Below, piece by piece: positions 23,101 through 35,959 of a stretch of DNA of 64,000 nt. A model generated the notes under the pieces. That model had not been told where the DNA came from. It searched no databases and saw only the letters and a program-made list of their open reading frames with translations. The position numbers and the translations under genes were made by a program. The stretch comes from Tubiluchus corallicola (Eukaryota > Animalia > Priapulida). The stretch spans positions 62,001-126,000 of the forward strand of contig JAQGDQ010000114.1 of the NCBI GenBank assembly GCA_030141605.1. Reading direction: 5' to 3'. Within the stretch, counting starts at the first letter, position 1, and every line of letters begins with the position of its first letter.

Positions 23101-26100
23101 TTCATTTATTATTATTACAATTTTTTGTTTTTGCCAATAGGTGCTCTTACTCTATGAAAGTCTTATTAATGTTTTCTGTACGTTTTTAATGGTACACTAG
23201 ACAGTAAATTGTGTCAACCCTCAACTCTGTGAGGTTAGTTACTTCCAAATTTGTGACGTCAGCTTCATTAGTAATTGTTGCCTAGTCTTGGCTTCCCAGT
23301 AGAAAACAGCCCTGATGTACTACCTCAAGCTGGCAAGTTTAATATAGTAATGGCTTCAATAAAAAGTGTTTATTTTTATAAAAATATCAGTTTTGTGGCC
23401 TAATTTTTCAATCGACAAACCACGGACAATGATAAGGCAACAACCAAATGTAAATTTTGTAAGCTTGGAATCTGGAATTTGAAATCAAATACATACTGCT
23501 GTCTCTTGTGGGAATGCATTATCACAATATGCACACTGAGAATGTCGCAGAAAAATGTTATACCATATTGTGCCACCATAATCATGGAATGCGTGAGCTG
23601 CATGTAATTTGTTATCTGGGGTAAATTTATGTGCCAAGAAACCATTCTACATATAAGTGGCAAGTTTTACAAACCAGTTAGTGTTTTTACAAAATTAGTG
23701 GCCCAGGTGTTTGTAAGTCAATAAATAACTTTTTTAAACAAAATAATATTTATTAGAAGCCATTAAGTTCATTACATTGAATTTAATATGATAAAGGTGT
23801 TTTTCAACAGCTATAAAAGTGCTTTTTAATCATTTCTGTTGCAGACTTTGCTTGATAAATTTAACTTTGTTGCAGCATTTTTATAAACATTTCTGACGTA
23901 TCAGTTTTCTCGCTCCGATAATTTAATAGGTGCAGCAGTAGCATTAAGTGTTACTGAAACACCAGAAATAAACGAAAAAGATACTGTTTATCCTCAGAGG
24001 ATCTTTCAGCAATTTAACGCTTGCATACATAATTATATTTGGCACTTATGGAATTTACTATTTCATTGATATTAAAAGTGTAATTTTATCTCAAGAATTT
24101 AATAAAGCAAGCAAATGGTAATCAGATATTGCTGACAGTACAGTAACTCTTCTTTCACAAACTCATATAAAACTTGCAGAGTAATTGAGCTGAGTTACCT
24201 AGAAAAACAAAGCATGATAATTTTTCCAGGCCAGTATCATAATGCCTTAATTGAGCATCAATAAATGGTATAACAAAGTATAAAAAGGTATGCTTCTTAT
24301 TTGTGGGACATTAAACAATTATATCATTGCTTACTAGTTTCTTACTAGATGAAACAGCTACAACACTATTTTTACATCATAGACGAACTATATACAAAAT
24401 TAAAAGGCGAACAATCTTGAGCTAATAAACGTAAATTCATTATAGAAAACAAGATTTACAAAACTTGCCATTTAGGAATAAATATCTAAAAATGGAAAAA
24501 CAACAACTCTCATGAATGAAACAATACTCACAACAACACAGCAATATTAGGCTCATAATGGCATGAACTAGTTAGCATGTACCAAATTTATTGCAGATGA
24601 TCAATCAGGACATTTTACGTTTTTTTAGTTTCGCAATAATTTAATAGGTTTGTTACTTAGTTCCATATTTAACTAAGGTATTTTGGACAACACAAAATTA
24701 TTGAAAGCCTTTCAAACGCTCGCAAAAGCACTATATTCTCCCCCTCGAGCAGGGAGTACTTAGTTATGATACAACAGGCAGGTTGATTGCTAATAGTTGT
24801 TTAGATCTAAGCAGTGAAGTTCTTGTTAAGAATTTCACTATCAAATGTTCAATTTATCACAATAAAAAAATTTAAATGGCAGTTATTTTTGACTACCACA
24901 GTAAAAACAAAGAACATAAAAAACTGAAGGTGACCAGACTGTTCCGGCCATTGTTTAGTTTATTTCATATCTATTAGTGCATGAAAAACAACTCCTGTAG
25001 TTAATTCCACACTCGTCTTGTAAAGTAATGCTGAACACAGCATCTAAAAATAAATAGATAACGGCTCCACACAGGAGAACAATATTCGACCAATGGTCTA
25101 ACACATATTTTACAAGCTTTCAAGAGAGTTTGTTGCTATCACAAAAAATTCTAAAAATCACATTGGTTATCCTGTTTGCTCTTGTACAAATTTCAGACAA
25201 TGGACGCTGAACTTTAGATTTTGTGATACTATACTCACTTTAGCTATAGGCAGTTGCCATTGATCTGCTATTGTTTTCTACCTGTGCTATGTACTTATAA
25301 AACAAAGAAACTAAGGATTATAGGATGAGTGGTGGAATGTAGTGTCATCTTGCAAATAAATATATCTTGTGAACAAACTGTTTTTAAGAGCCACTGCATT
25401 TTAACTGTGTGGAAAATAAGCCGCTAACTAACGAAGCAATATATGATAATATCTCACTGCTTATGAACAGTTGAATAGACATCTGACAACATTGAACAAA
25501 TTCTTGTGAACATGCAGCAAAGAGGTTAAGGTCTCTGAACTTCAGACCTTATTACTTTTACTTTTAGGCTTTTTTGGGACTTCCATTCTAAAGTAAAGTA
25601 AAGACTAAAGTACATGAAATGGCAGCAGAACATCTTCAGAAGTTCAAGCCCCGTAGCAGCTTTTTAGATAACACCACGTCACCTACCAATACTAGTAGTT
25701 ATTCTAGTACTGATCAGAAAGATGTAACTGCTCTAACCTTAAGGAAATTTTCAGCCCAATTCAATAAATACTTGAGTTGAAGTAAAATGGATCATAGCCT
25801 TCATTTGAATCTGCACGTTCTTGATTTTTAATGTCTAGAATAAGGCTTAAAAATCAATGGAGAAAAATACTTCACACTAAATAATCATGCTATTAGAGGT
25901 CATCGGCTCAAATTTTTTAAACCGCGTGCTCGTACAGAAAACATTTTCACACACAAAGTGGTATCTTTCCCGAAACAACCTTAATGAAAGTATTACTAGT
26001 CTTAACAATGTGGACACTTTTGGAAAAGGTATTGAAGCTGAGTCACCATTGATGACCAGGAACACTATCAAGTATTAAGTAACATTATAAAAAATTCTTA

Positions 26101-26101
26101 C

Positions 26102-26120
26102 CAAGCCGATCACCTTCCAT
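26102..26120 (-). CDS. EML: EML alternative first coding exon A (MEGDRL)
   Basis: aaaATG GAA GGT GAT CGG CTT G|gtaaga; phase-1 donor matches the phase-1 acceptor at 7786; lies in a locally CpG-richer, promoter-like segment. Confidence 0.7.
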
Positions 26121-27947
26121 TTTGATGCGATAATGGTGCCACCGTTTGACGGCAACGCAAATATTCCTTTAAAACCGAATGGACCTATTCTGTGTGCTAA
26201 AAACAAGCTTAAAACATTTATCAACCAGATTCACGTAGCCATCGTGTGCCACCGATATATTCACCAAAATAAAGCTTATGTCTATCCATGCCTCTAACAA
26301 ATTTAGTCATATTATTTGCAACTAAGAAATTCATTTAATCATACGGTTATTTTAAAAATTTAACTCTGTTCCAAACATATGTCCCCGAATGTGTCTGGAA
26401 ACGTAAACTTTTTCTGATAAGTGTTTCAATATTTTTCGTAATTTCTTATTGTTTTTACCCCTGATGTAGTATTCTATTGTATTAATAGTGTAATTTGTAT
26501 CTGTAGTACTTTATACAGTATTATATTGTATATGTTTTAGCTTAACTTGAAATTTTATAGGCCCTGCACACATAGTTCTAATTTTATGATATTTCTAATT
26601 TCTATTTGCACCAAACACATTTGTCTTCAGCAGTGTTTTACTTCAGAATAATAACACTGAAAAGTGCTGTCTTTCATGCAATTCTTTTTGTTGCAAATGC
26701 AGATTTAACTACTACTATTACAAGTATCAATAATGATGTATTACCTTTATAATCAACCATTATAGAAACGTGAGAAAGGCAAAGGATGAATTATTTCCTT
26801 TAGTTGAGATAGGCCTGTTCTATTATGTAAATAATATTCCTGTAATTTTTTATGTTAAGATCGGAGAGTACTATTACTTGAACATTTCCTTTTAGCTGAA
26901 CTTATTGCTCACACTGTCCAATTTGTCATTCCTGGATTGATTATGTTTTTTGACTCACGCTGATGGCTGCTCCCTTCCAAATTATTTCAATTAAATTCCA
27001 CTTGTTCCTAATAAAAAACACATTGTGGAGTTTTCAATAATGTATTATTTTACACAATATGATTTTACTAATTCAGAGCCTAATTATTATAATCAGTAGT
27101 TTTTCTTAACTGTGCCATTTGTGGTTTGTTAACTGACTAAATGAAACAACAGTGCCACATGAATGCTTTTTGGCGCGCACTATTGGGTAAGATAATTTTG
27201 TAATAGCGATATTATTTCTATAACTGTAAAATCGAAAAATACGTAATTCTAATACATACAAAAAATAATGAGTACAAGACTAGCCTGCTGCCAGTTTATT
27301 ATATATAAAATATAAGAATTTTTAGAAAAGCTACATAATAACCTTATCATAATTAGTTTACAGAGATACACCAAATATTAAATTATCACATGATAATCAT
27401 GCTTTACTTACTTATTATCACCTAATATTACGCAACATCATTTTCTTAATTATTTTTATCATCCACACGTTTTACTGCACTTGGTCATACATAAAGAAAC
27501 CTGGTGCATCAGTAACACATTGTCATACAAACTTGAGGCAGTAAATGAAAGTCAGGTACAAAGTAGCTTTGATTCAGGCTAGAAGTGGCTTTTCCATAAA
27601 GCGCTAACACAACAAACAGAATTTCAGTATTGGTCATCAATATTCGTCATCAAACGGAAATAAATGGTATGAGTTTGTTATTGTTAACATGAATCCTTGC
27701 TAAATAAGGGAATCATTAAGTGAGAACTTACTGTAACTTTATTACTGCACATACATTTTTTATCTAGTGTAAAGTCGTTAAAAATATTGTTTAGGTAAAT
27801 GTTTATTTAGCTCCTTTACTAATTTGTTCTGTCAATACACTGTATGGGTTGTCATGAGACAATACTGAGACTCACACAGCAGTTGTCTAATATACATCAA
27901 ATTTACAAAAACATTACTGCATCGAACATGATAGACAGCAGTGACTA

Positions 27948-30900
27948 TCACCTAGATATTGATCTTCTTTCTTCATCTTTCTCAAACTCTGCTAAGTTTT
28001 TGACAAAGTCTACAATAAAATTGTATTGCTGAAATTCAAAAACAAAAAATGCAAATTAGCAAAAGCAACAAATGAGCAACTTTCGAAATAGAAAGTTACA
28101 GAAAAGATATTATCACACATTGTTATTTGCCACTACAACATTTATCCAAAATGAACATGACATCACAGTCCTTGTCAGTTCTAAAGTTACATTGCAGTAA
28201 AACATAATATACACATGTCAGATTCTGCACAAAAATAGGCCGAACTTTAGACTCTAATAATATTAAAAGCAAGTATACTCCAAAGTTAAAATAAATTTCA
28301 CAGTGTGGTATTATAACAGATTTGCTTTTAGTTTATAGCTTTAGTACTTTTTAAATTATGGCCCAAAAGTTTTTATAAGTTAAAAATTTAAATGTCACAA
28401 CAGCTAATCATTACTTGAAAAATATTATGCTGATGCATAAAGCCTTTAATACATGCAGCAAAACAGTAAAGAAATTAAACAGTTTACCTGATGGTTCTGA
28501 CACACTGATAAGGATTTGTTATTAGGAACAAAAATGGGACTTAAGAGGGACTAAATCAAAAAGAAATTGAGTGCTGGGTGGGACCAAACACCCCTTAAAG
28601 AACTGAGGAACTGTGCCAGCTAATGGAAGATACACATTTATCTAGTTTGCATATCTAAAATGCTGGAAATATAGCACACTTGCTGTAAATTTTAACAATA
28701 GTAAAATACAAACATTTTCCCAGCATTTGTTTTTTTGACTTGTTGATTTAAAACTCATTTGGAAAAACCCATAGGAATGACTTAAAATTTTTGGTGATTA
28801 TACATAAGTGCGTGCAATGCTAGTTCGATCAGTTTTCAAGAGATCTTGTTGTTTTCTTTTTACAATATCATAATCAAAAGTTCGATGCATTTTTTGCTTC
28901 ACTTGATTTATGTGTGTTTTAAGAAAAAGTTCCTTATTGACTTATTTGTGTGATTTAGTCGTCAGACTAAGTGACAGAAAAACCAGAAAAACAAAAATAT
29001 TTAATTAAGTTGACTGTCATAATCTCTGAAAATTTTTAAGAGCTGCACAGTATACCTACACATTTGTAATTTGCTGAAACTTTTGAAATGCATTGACTAA
29101 GGCAAGCACAAACACAAATAGAACAGTCATTAACAAATAAAATTCCAATTTTTACAAGAATATGTGGCATGCTGTGTCTCGATTCTAAAGTCAGCTAAAG
29201 AAATTGCTTCTTTTCAGCATGCTATAGCAATATTCTCTCATCAGTATAATCTATTAAACTTAAAATTTACAGTAAGGTCAAATTGTAACCAGACCTGTTG
29301 CTTGGAGCACAAGTTCTTAGGGTTATAGGTAAGGTGTTTGTACAATCCTTTGAGTTGAGACACTGAAGCAGTACGGGTGATTTAGCTACATTCGATACAC
29401 AAACAACAATACAGCTAGAAGATGCCTATCTAATGTAGCTAATCAGGCCCAGCTCTACACGACATCTCACTCTCAGTTATCATACTCAAAAAACACAAAA
29501 CTATATGAGTTACTATTTAAACTGAAAAGGCTGACTTGAAAGTTATTTCTTGGTACATAGAGCTGCCAGCTCAAAACAAAATGCATCTTGCAGAAAATGG
29601 AAACTGTACCTTGACCGTTTGAATAGCACGATTTCCTCTCAGCTCCCTCATTCTGTTCATAACGGCTTCTGCACCAAAAGACTCGTCCATCCGAAGCATT
29701 AAACAAGCAGCTACTATACAAAACAAAACAAATAAAGTACATTACACATGTAGCTCAACAGTCCCATATGCAATTCTAATTAAACTAACTACTTAGCAGT
29801 TAGGTTAGTTAAGGCCAAGCTTTGATGGAATGAGGACTGATTGGATAGTACTGCCAAACTTTCAGGAATTATAATTCCAAAACATTCACAGATAGACACC
29901 TGGGTACTGCTGGAGATGAATAGGTGGTTATATGTGGGCTTTCATTTGGTGGTATGATTACGGGCCTTGCAACAAATGAAGTAGCTAAGCTAAATTACGT
30001 CATCAGTATCCCTTTAAGTATTCCACAGCATCAAATATTTATACATTGCTTGCAAGCGAAGCCGAAAAATGAGATGAAATGTATTATGTACTAATTATGT
30101 ACATTTGCTACAAGAATTCTACGTCTAAGTTGCATGTCAAGGGCAGTACTGATGTCATCTGCACGACACATGCACCAAATTTAAATAATCTTAATTTTTT
30201 GTCATATATGTCATCTATATTCATGCAAAATGTGTGAATTATCTATATTAGATACGTTATTCAGTCTGGGTAGGTATCTCGTGAACAATGATACGGAACT
30301 ATAACATCATCAGCATCCTGATGCAAATATTAAGGCTGCTTTACTTGCAAAACTTCGGCTAAGACACCGGACTATAGTATATATTTGTCAAAGAAACTAA
30401 TCACTACTTCTCAAAAGTGTACTTATTTAATACCATGCATTCCCTACATAGTAGTCCATGGAAATGATTTTTTGCTATGACTTCACACATAACCATGAAT
30501 AACATGCCAGGCAACATTTTTGGTTTGAAAGCCCTGCTGACTTTTTTATACTATAAAAGTTGTAGAATTGGTTTTTAAACTACACGTATTCATAGACGCA
30601 CCTTGAGACTAACCATCGAAAGAGGGAGCAGAAAACCACACCCAACTTTTGCAGTTTTGAAATTGGGCAGTTGGGTTTTGAAATTTAAAGTTAAATGTTT
30701 TATTTTTTTGAAATTACATGCTTAAAGGAAATGATTTCAACGTATCATTGTTATCATATCACTACAACCATCCTATCACCACTTCATTCATTTTTCAATG
30801 TACTAATCCCTACATTCTCGCTTCTCCACTTTGGAGCAGACTGCCAAGCCTTGGCTTCTGCTACTATGCATCACAAGATATTTTTTATACATAGATAGAT

Positions 30901-33900
30901 ACATCAACAGTATTTTGTATTTTGAAATGTAATTTGCTGAGATAGTGGAGCAAACAACTATAGCAGTGATAATTATTAGTAGTACTAGTAAAATTAACTT
31001 GCTAATTAAGTTTGTCACATTCATCTTACAATATTTAACCAATGAAACAATGTAACAGAACTTACCAAGACATGTCCGTCCAACTCCTCCAAAACAGCTA
31101 AAATAAAAATATGAATTAGCAAAGCTTTCTGATGAAAGACTAATCAAATCTAGTAATGGTTAACGTTCTAATTTGCATATTTTAAATAAATTTAAGAGCA
31201 TTTTTGCAAGTAGATGAGTAACCAGTACAACATTGTCTGCTGCTTTCACACATTAATTCGCTTAATGAACGTATTAAATTTATTTCATCATAAGCATTTG
31301 GTAAACGACAGATATAAAATGAAAATGTTTAACATTTAAAATGAAAACACAAAAAATAAAATAAGGTAAATTACAGCACATTATCACAGTTGTTCTTTTT
31401 ATACGAGCTAATTCGATACTATTTCATGCATGTAATTATTTACTAAAGTTACAAGTAAAATTTATTAAAATGCCTGGTCATTAGTTTCTGAGTAAGGCAA
31501 TTACTATCAGTGATCAAAATAAAAGTTTGAAATGGCACTTTTACACAAAATTTCACAGTGCTAACACAAAACAGCTTTACCATCACAAATAACTAAGTGC
31601 GACCAAATAGTTTTGCACCTGCGTGCATCTCTGCATAATATTTTCGTGTAAAAAAATTCTTTACACAAACAAATATAAAATGCTGATGCTACATACTGCA
31701 TAATAGTTTTCCGCCCATCCATTAAGCAAACTTGTAGTTCATCTAAAAGTTTAACACATCGATCCATAGAAGGAACACTCCCATCTGGGAATGGTATGTG
31801 ATGGACAGTAATACCAGCTTCTGCATAGCATTCTAAAAGATCAGGAACTCGATATTTCTTCAGTTCACCTCTTGTGCACAAAACGAAGGCTTCTTGTACA
31901 GCATCCATTTTCAATTTTCCTGCATTTATTGCATACAAAGCTAAGCTAAAATAATAATTTTTAAATGATACTGACATACATTTGTTAAGTTTGGTGTAGG
32001 CTTTTTTCACCTTTATATTATAGCATACATAATTTCTTCTAGAAAGTCTGAAATAGTTTAACTGCACCGACACTTACATTCTTTACTATAAATATAATAT
32101 TAAAAATATTTTATAACTAGCAAAGGCCCCGCAAAATATTTTGCGAATAAATACACTGATAATCAATAATACTCGAACATCCTACATAGTCCCCTCATTT
32201 ATAATGCAAATGTCAGCAGTGGCTTTTACTGAATTAAAGTTATAAAGTTATAGACAGAGTACAATGGAATGATGTCAGAACAATGAAAAACATCAGCAGT
32301 TTTCCAAGTGAGAATTGCCGGAAACGGAACCTCCAATTAACTCATCGCAGCTCCTTTTGGTAGAGGCATTTCAAAATGTAACCCACATCATCGTGTAGTC
32401 GTGTTCTTCCTCTTTCTAAAGAGTCATATATCTCCTTCCAAGAGTAACATCAGGCACCACTAGACTGGTTTTTCTACAGGCTGTTTGGCCAAAATTTTGA
32501 AATAATTGGTTGGTTTCGGGAAAACGCCCGTTATGGGACACCATGGCCCTCCCGTGAATTCTAAATATGCCTACTACACCCATCGTTTAATGGGGTATTT
32601 AACCATTACTAGCACCGTGCCAGGCACAGAAATAAGATGTATAAGTTTTGCGAAAAACAGCCGAAAATGGCCATTTTTGGAGGTTTTTCGCTCCCCGTTT
32701 GTCCAATAAAGGATTCGAAAAATAAATCCCAATGAAAAGACACTAGAACGAGACCTTTCTTTTGACATATAGGTCGCCGAAAATGGTGCCACCATTGAGC
32801 TGTAGCCTCGAGTCTTATATATATAGAGCATACCATGAAATTAATATTATACAATTAATAATTTTTGTTATTGTGATAAAAACATTACAAAATCATTTCT
32901 AACATTTCTTAATAATTATATATATATATATATATATATTAAGGTTATTACGTGGCAATGAGGTTATTACAAGTTGAGACTTATACTGAAATTAGTAATA
33001 GCTTGTAGAACTCAATAAATAAACTTCTAAAACCTAGAATGTCATGTATAGCTCACACAAAAGAATGGTAATGACATGGATTACAGCAAAACAGAGAGAA
33101 AGAAAGCACCCAGTCAGTACATCAATATCAATTAATAAAACAATTATTAACTTTCACCTAAGTATACTTGACTGAATAGCAAATTCTGGACTGTACACTG
33201 CAAAATTGCGGAGCAAACAAACTTTGTAAATGATTTATTTTACAAAAAAGGCACATTACTACAGTTTTATAGTTAAAAATAATTTTCAAGTTACCTATGT
33301 CTGCGGGAAGGCTTCTCCAAGTATCTTTAAACTTACAGCCTGGTAAAGCACACAGTCCAAGTTGCTCTTCACAACCCACTGATAGCAGATCTAACCTTTT
33401 GCACCCAAAATAAATATAAATAATTGAAAAAATAATTAACAAAGGTTATTACAAACTCAAAAAAATCTCCATGCTATAATGTTCAGAACACTGGCTCTAT
33501 TTAGAGAATTGTGATCCTAGAAATAAACAGTGGTTTTAGGGTAAGAAGCAAATGATTTAAATGACAAATGCTATACACTGAAATTAAAATAGGCAATGTG
33601 TAAAACAGTGTTGCTCCATAAACAATGCACATAAGCTTTCTTGAGTCAATCCGTAATTTTCAAAGGCTTTCAAAAGTAACGATCGGATACTCAAACTAGA
33701 TATCAATTTTTATCATTAAACTGACAACATGCCGCTGATTGAATTATCCTCAGATGTTGGCCAATCATAGGTAGCTGGTCAGAACATTTCAAACAACATA
33801 GATTCAAAGCAAAAACAAATGCAAAAATATGTTAAATACATAGAAGTTTGCTTAGTCTCTGTGCTGAAGCACAATAAATACAAAAGAGAAGATAAAAGAA

Positions 33901-34212
33901 GGAGAAATGACACTGTCTACATAAACGTCAGAAGTACAGTTGTCTAAATAAATGTCCTTGCATTATAACACAAAATATAAAGAAAAAAGCACGAATGTAT
34001 ATTAATTACACCATTAGCTAACTCTGCAATATAAAACATGTTTTGAAAGTTCACAATATTTGATGTGGAATATACTATATAATTGCAATGTTAACAGCAA
34101 ATTTGTTCAGTTTACTGAAACTAAAACGATACCAGTCAATATGAAGTGCTTCTGCATCAATTTGCTCATTATCATTCTCTTCATCTGAAGTATCAAAACT
34201 GTTTTCTGACAT
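27948..34212 (-). CDS. CDKN3: Cyclin-dependent kinase inhibitor 3 (KAP dual-specificity phosphatase), 206 aa
   Basis: Exons 34133-34212 (MSENSFDTSDEE...HIDW), 33295-33395 (LGLCALPGCKFKD), 31697-31919 (FVLCTRGELKKYRVPDLL...HHIPFPDG), 31066-31097 (HCFGGVGRTCL, the CX5R catalytic loop), 29610-29713 (LRGNRAIQTVK), 27948-28028 (QYNF...RSISR*); 621 nt in one frame. Confidence 0.95.
32117..32827 (-). mobile_element. Non-autonomous Helitron-like element in a CDKN3 intron
   Basis: Minus strand begins TCTATATATATAAG (32827) and ends with the perfect palindrome CGCAAAATATTTTGCG (32130-32145), 9 nt before CTAG|T (32117); no TSD; the base before TC is C rather than the canonical A. Confidence 0.7.
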
Positions 34213-34305
34213 TCTATAAATACTGCTTGGGTCTTGGTTTCTGAACTAGAATGGAAAAAGATATTTGTTGCACAAAAACAAATGTACCTGGACAGTAAAG
34301 CCAAA

Positions 34306-34393
34306 TTTGAAGAAGCTTAGAGATGTGCGGCCGATTCTTGTCTATTGGAAAATACAAAAAACTTTAACATAAGTAAAGGCAGTGAATTTTGAA
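34306..34393 (-). promoter_or_regulatory. CHR-like (TTTGAA) and CCAAT motifs at the CDKN3 5' end
   Basis: TTTGAA at 34306-34311 and 34388-34393; ATTGG/CCAAT at 34344-34348; short motifs in AT-rich DNA. Confidence 0.3.
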
Positions 34394-34984
34394 GAAACCA
34401 TTTCTGCAAAGACGAAAATTTACTAGTAGATGTATTATATTGTGATGGAAAGATTACGGAAATAATAAAGCCAAAAGTGACATTTTCTATAAAACTTCTT
34501 TCGATGAGAACCGCCTTAATGGGTACATTTTCGACAACAACTGGATAGCTTATGTGGACAATGTACAGCAATTAGCTCAGCACTTTAAAGGGATAGTCCC
34601 AATATGTCTAAAAGCAAACATTACCATGTTGGAAGTTGAGGAGGGAATCAAACGAACACGAAGCTGTGGAAAAAGTTTACATGTAGATGGATTTCATCTA
34701 TTAATGTTAAAACATAATTTTGGGCCAAATCAGTGATACTTAATTTCACAACTAGGCAAAAAGCCCATAAGGTGTTACAGCCAGTAATTGTGGTGCACAC
34801 GTTTTAAATAAGTCATAAATTATTCATCCCTCCTTTGCTTCTGCACAGCCGTAAAAAGTAAGTGGTCTACTTCTCATTTTGGGCAAATCCTAAATGAATG
34901 GGTCGTCCATTCACTAATTTAATGAACATTGTTCAAATAAAAACCATGTGGCAAAAACTAATCAAATTGATTTGTATGTAATAT

Positions 34985-35275
34985 GGAGTCCATTACGTTT
35001 AAACTAACGTCCAATGGGCGCTAAACGTTCAGCCCGCCACGTCAACAATCCGCAAGTCCATTAATTATTTTGTGAATGGGCGCTCGAAATTACGTTCAAA
35101 ATTACGTAGATCCATCAGTTTAATAAACGGGCGTTAAACTTATGTCCAAAATTACGTCGAACAAGTCCTTCGAAAAAGCACACGGCCGTCCATCAGTTTA
35201 GTGAATGGGCGCTAAAAATTATGTCCATCGCGTCCAAAATTACGTTCTTCAAGTCCATCAGAAATTACGGAGAAC
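34985..35275. repeat. Degenerate CpG-rich modular repeat
   Basis: ATGGGCGCT-like motif at 35014, 35076, 35127 and 35205, with recurring GTCCAT(CAG) and AAAATTACGT. Confidence 0.75.
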
Positions 35276-35487
35276 CCCATTTTGCTATCGGAAGATAAAC
35301 TAGTACTAGTACTACGTGAACTAAAAAGTACCTCAAGGTTTGAACAAGCATTTAAATGCCATGTGTGCGCCGTGCGCCTGACCGTGCGCATCTAAATATA
35401 GGGATTGCAATTATTTAATTTGATTCAGTTAAGTTTGTTTACTCAAATAGCGGTCGCATATTCAGTACAGACGATTAAAAATTACCT

Positions 35488-35570
35488 AATAATAATGATT
35501 ACAATCATGATTACAATTCTAATATAATGATTATAATAATGATTACAATAATAAATTACAATCATTATTA
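35488..35570. repeat. AT-rich (ATAATGATTACA)-like minisatellite
   Basis: Directly visible degenerate tandem units. Confidence 0.7.
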
Positions 35571-35959
35571 TTTCATCACTTGTTAATTATAAAAAAAATA
35601 TTTTGAAATGGACACTGCAGACTGCAGAGTACGTGACATTGGGGCACGTGGGTATGGAACACTAGCTTGGAGCACTGTGGTGTTGGGCATAAGACCAGTA
35701 ATGCTGTACCCATTTTATATTTTTGTTTATTAACTTTTTAATGACTCACTATAATTTTCTAACTCGGTCAATGTTTCTTAAGAAGAATATCTTCATTAAA
35801 TTAAATATGCATTAATAATCAAAACCAGTCAATTGATTTTGCAATTGGAGCAGAAGAAGTCACCATCCACATGTTTGCATTATAAGCATTTTACTAAAAT
35901 AAAATTGGAATTAAAATAATTCATTAAGATTAGAATTATTATTAAACTACGACAAGACT

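Noticed and set aside
34124-34132. CDKN3 donor GTATCGTTT resembling the U12 consensus
   Set aside because: Mismatch at +6 and no TTCCTTRAC-like branch point near the 33396 acceptor; treated as U2, or at most a converted U12 intron
34985-35275. CRISPR-like repeat-spacer appearance
   Set aside because: Repeats are short, degenerate and irregularly spaced; eukaryotic context; no cas genes
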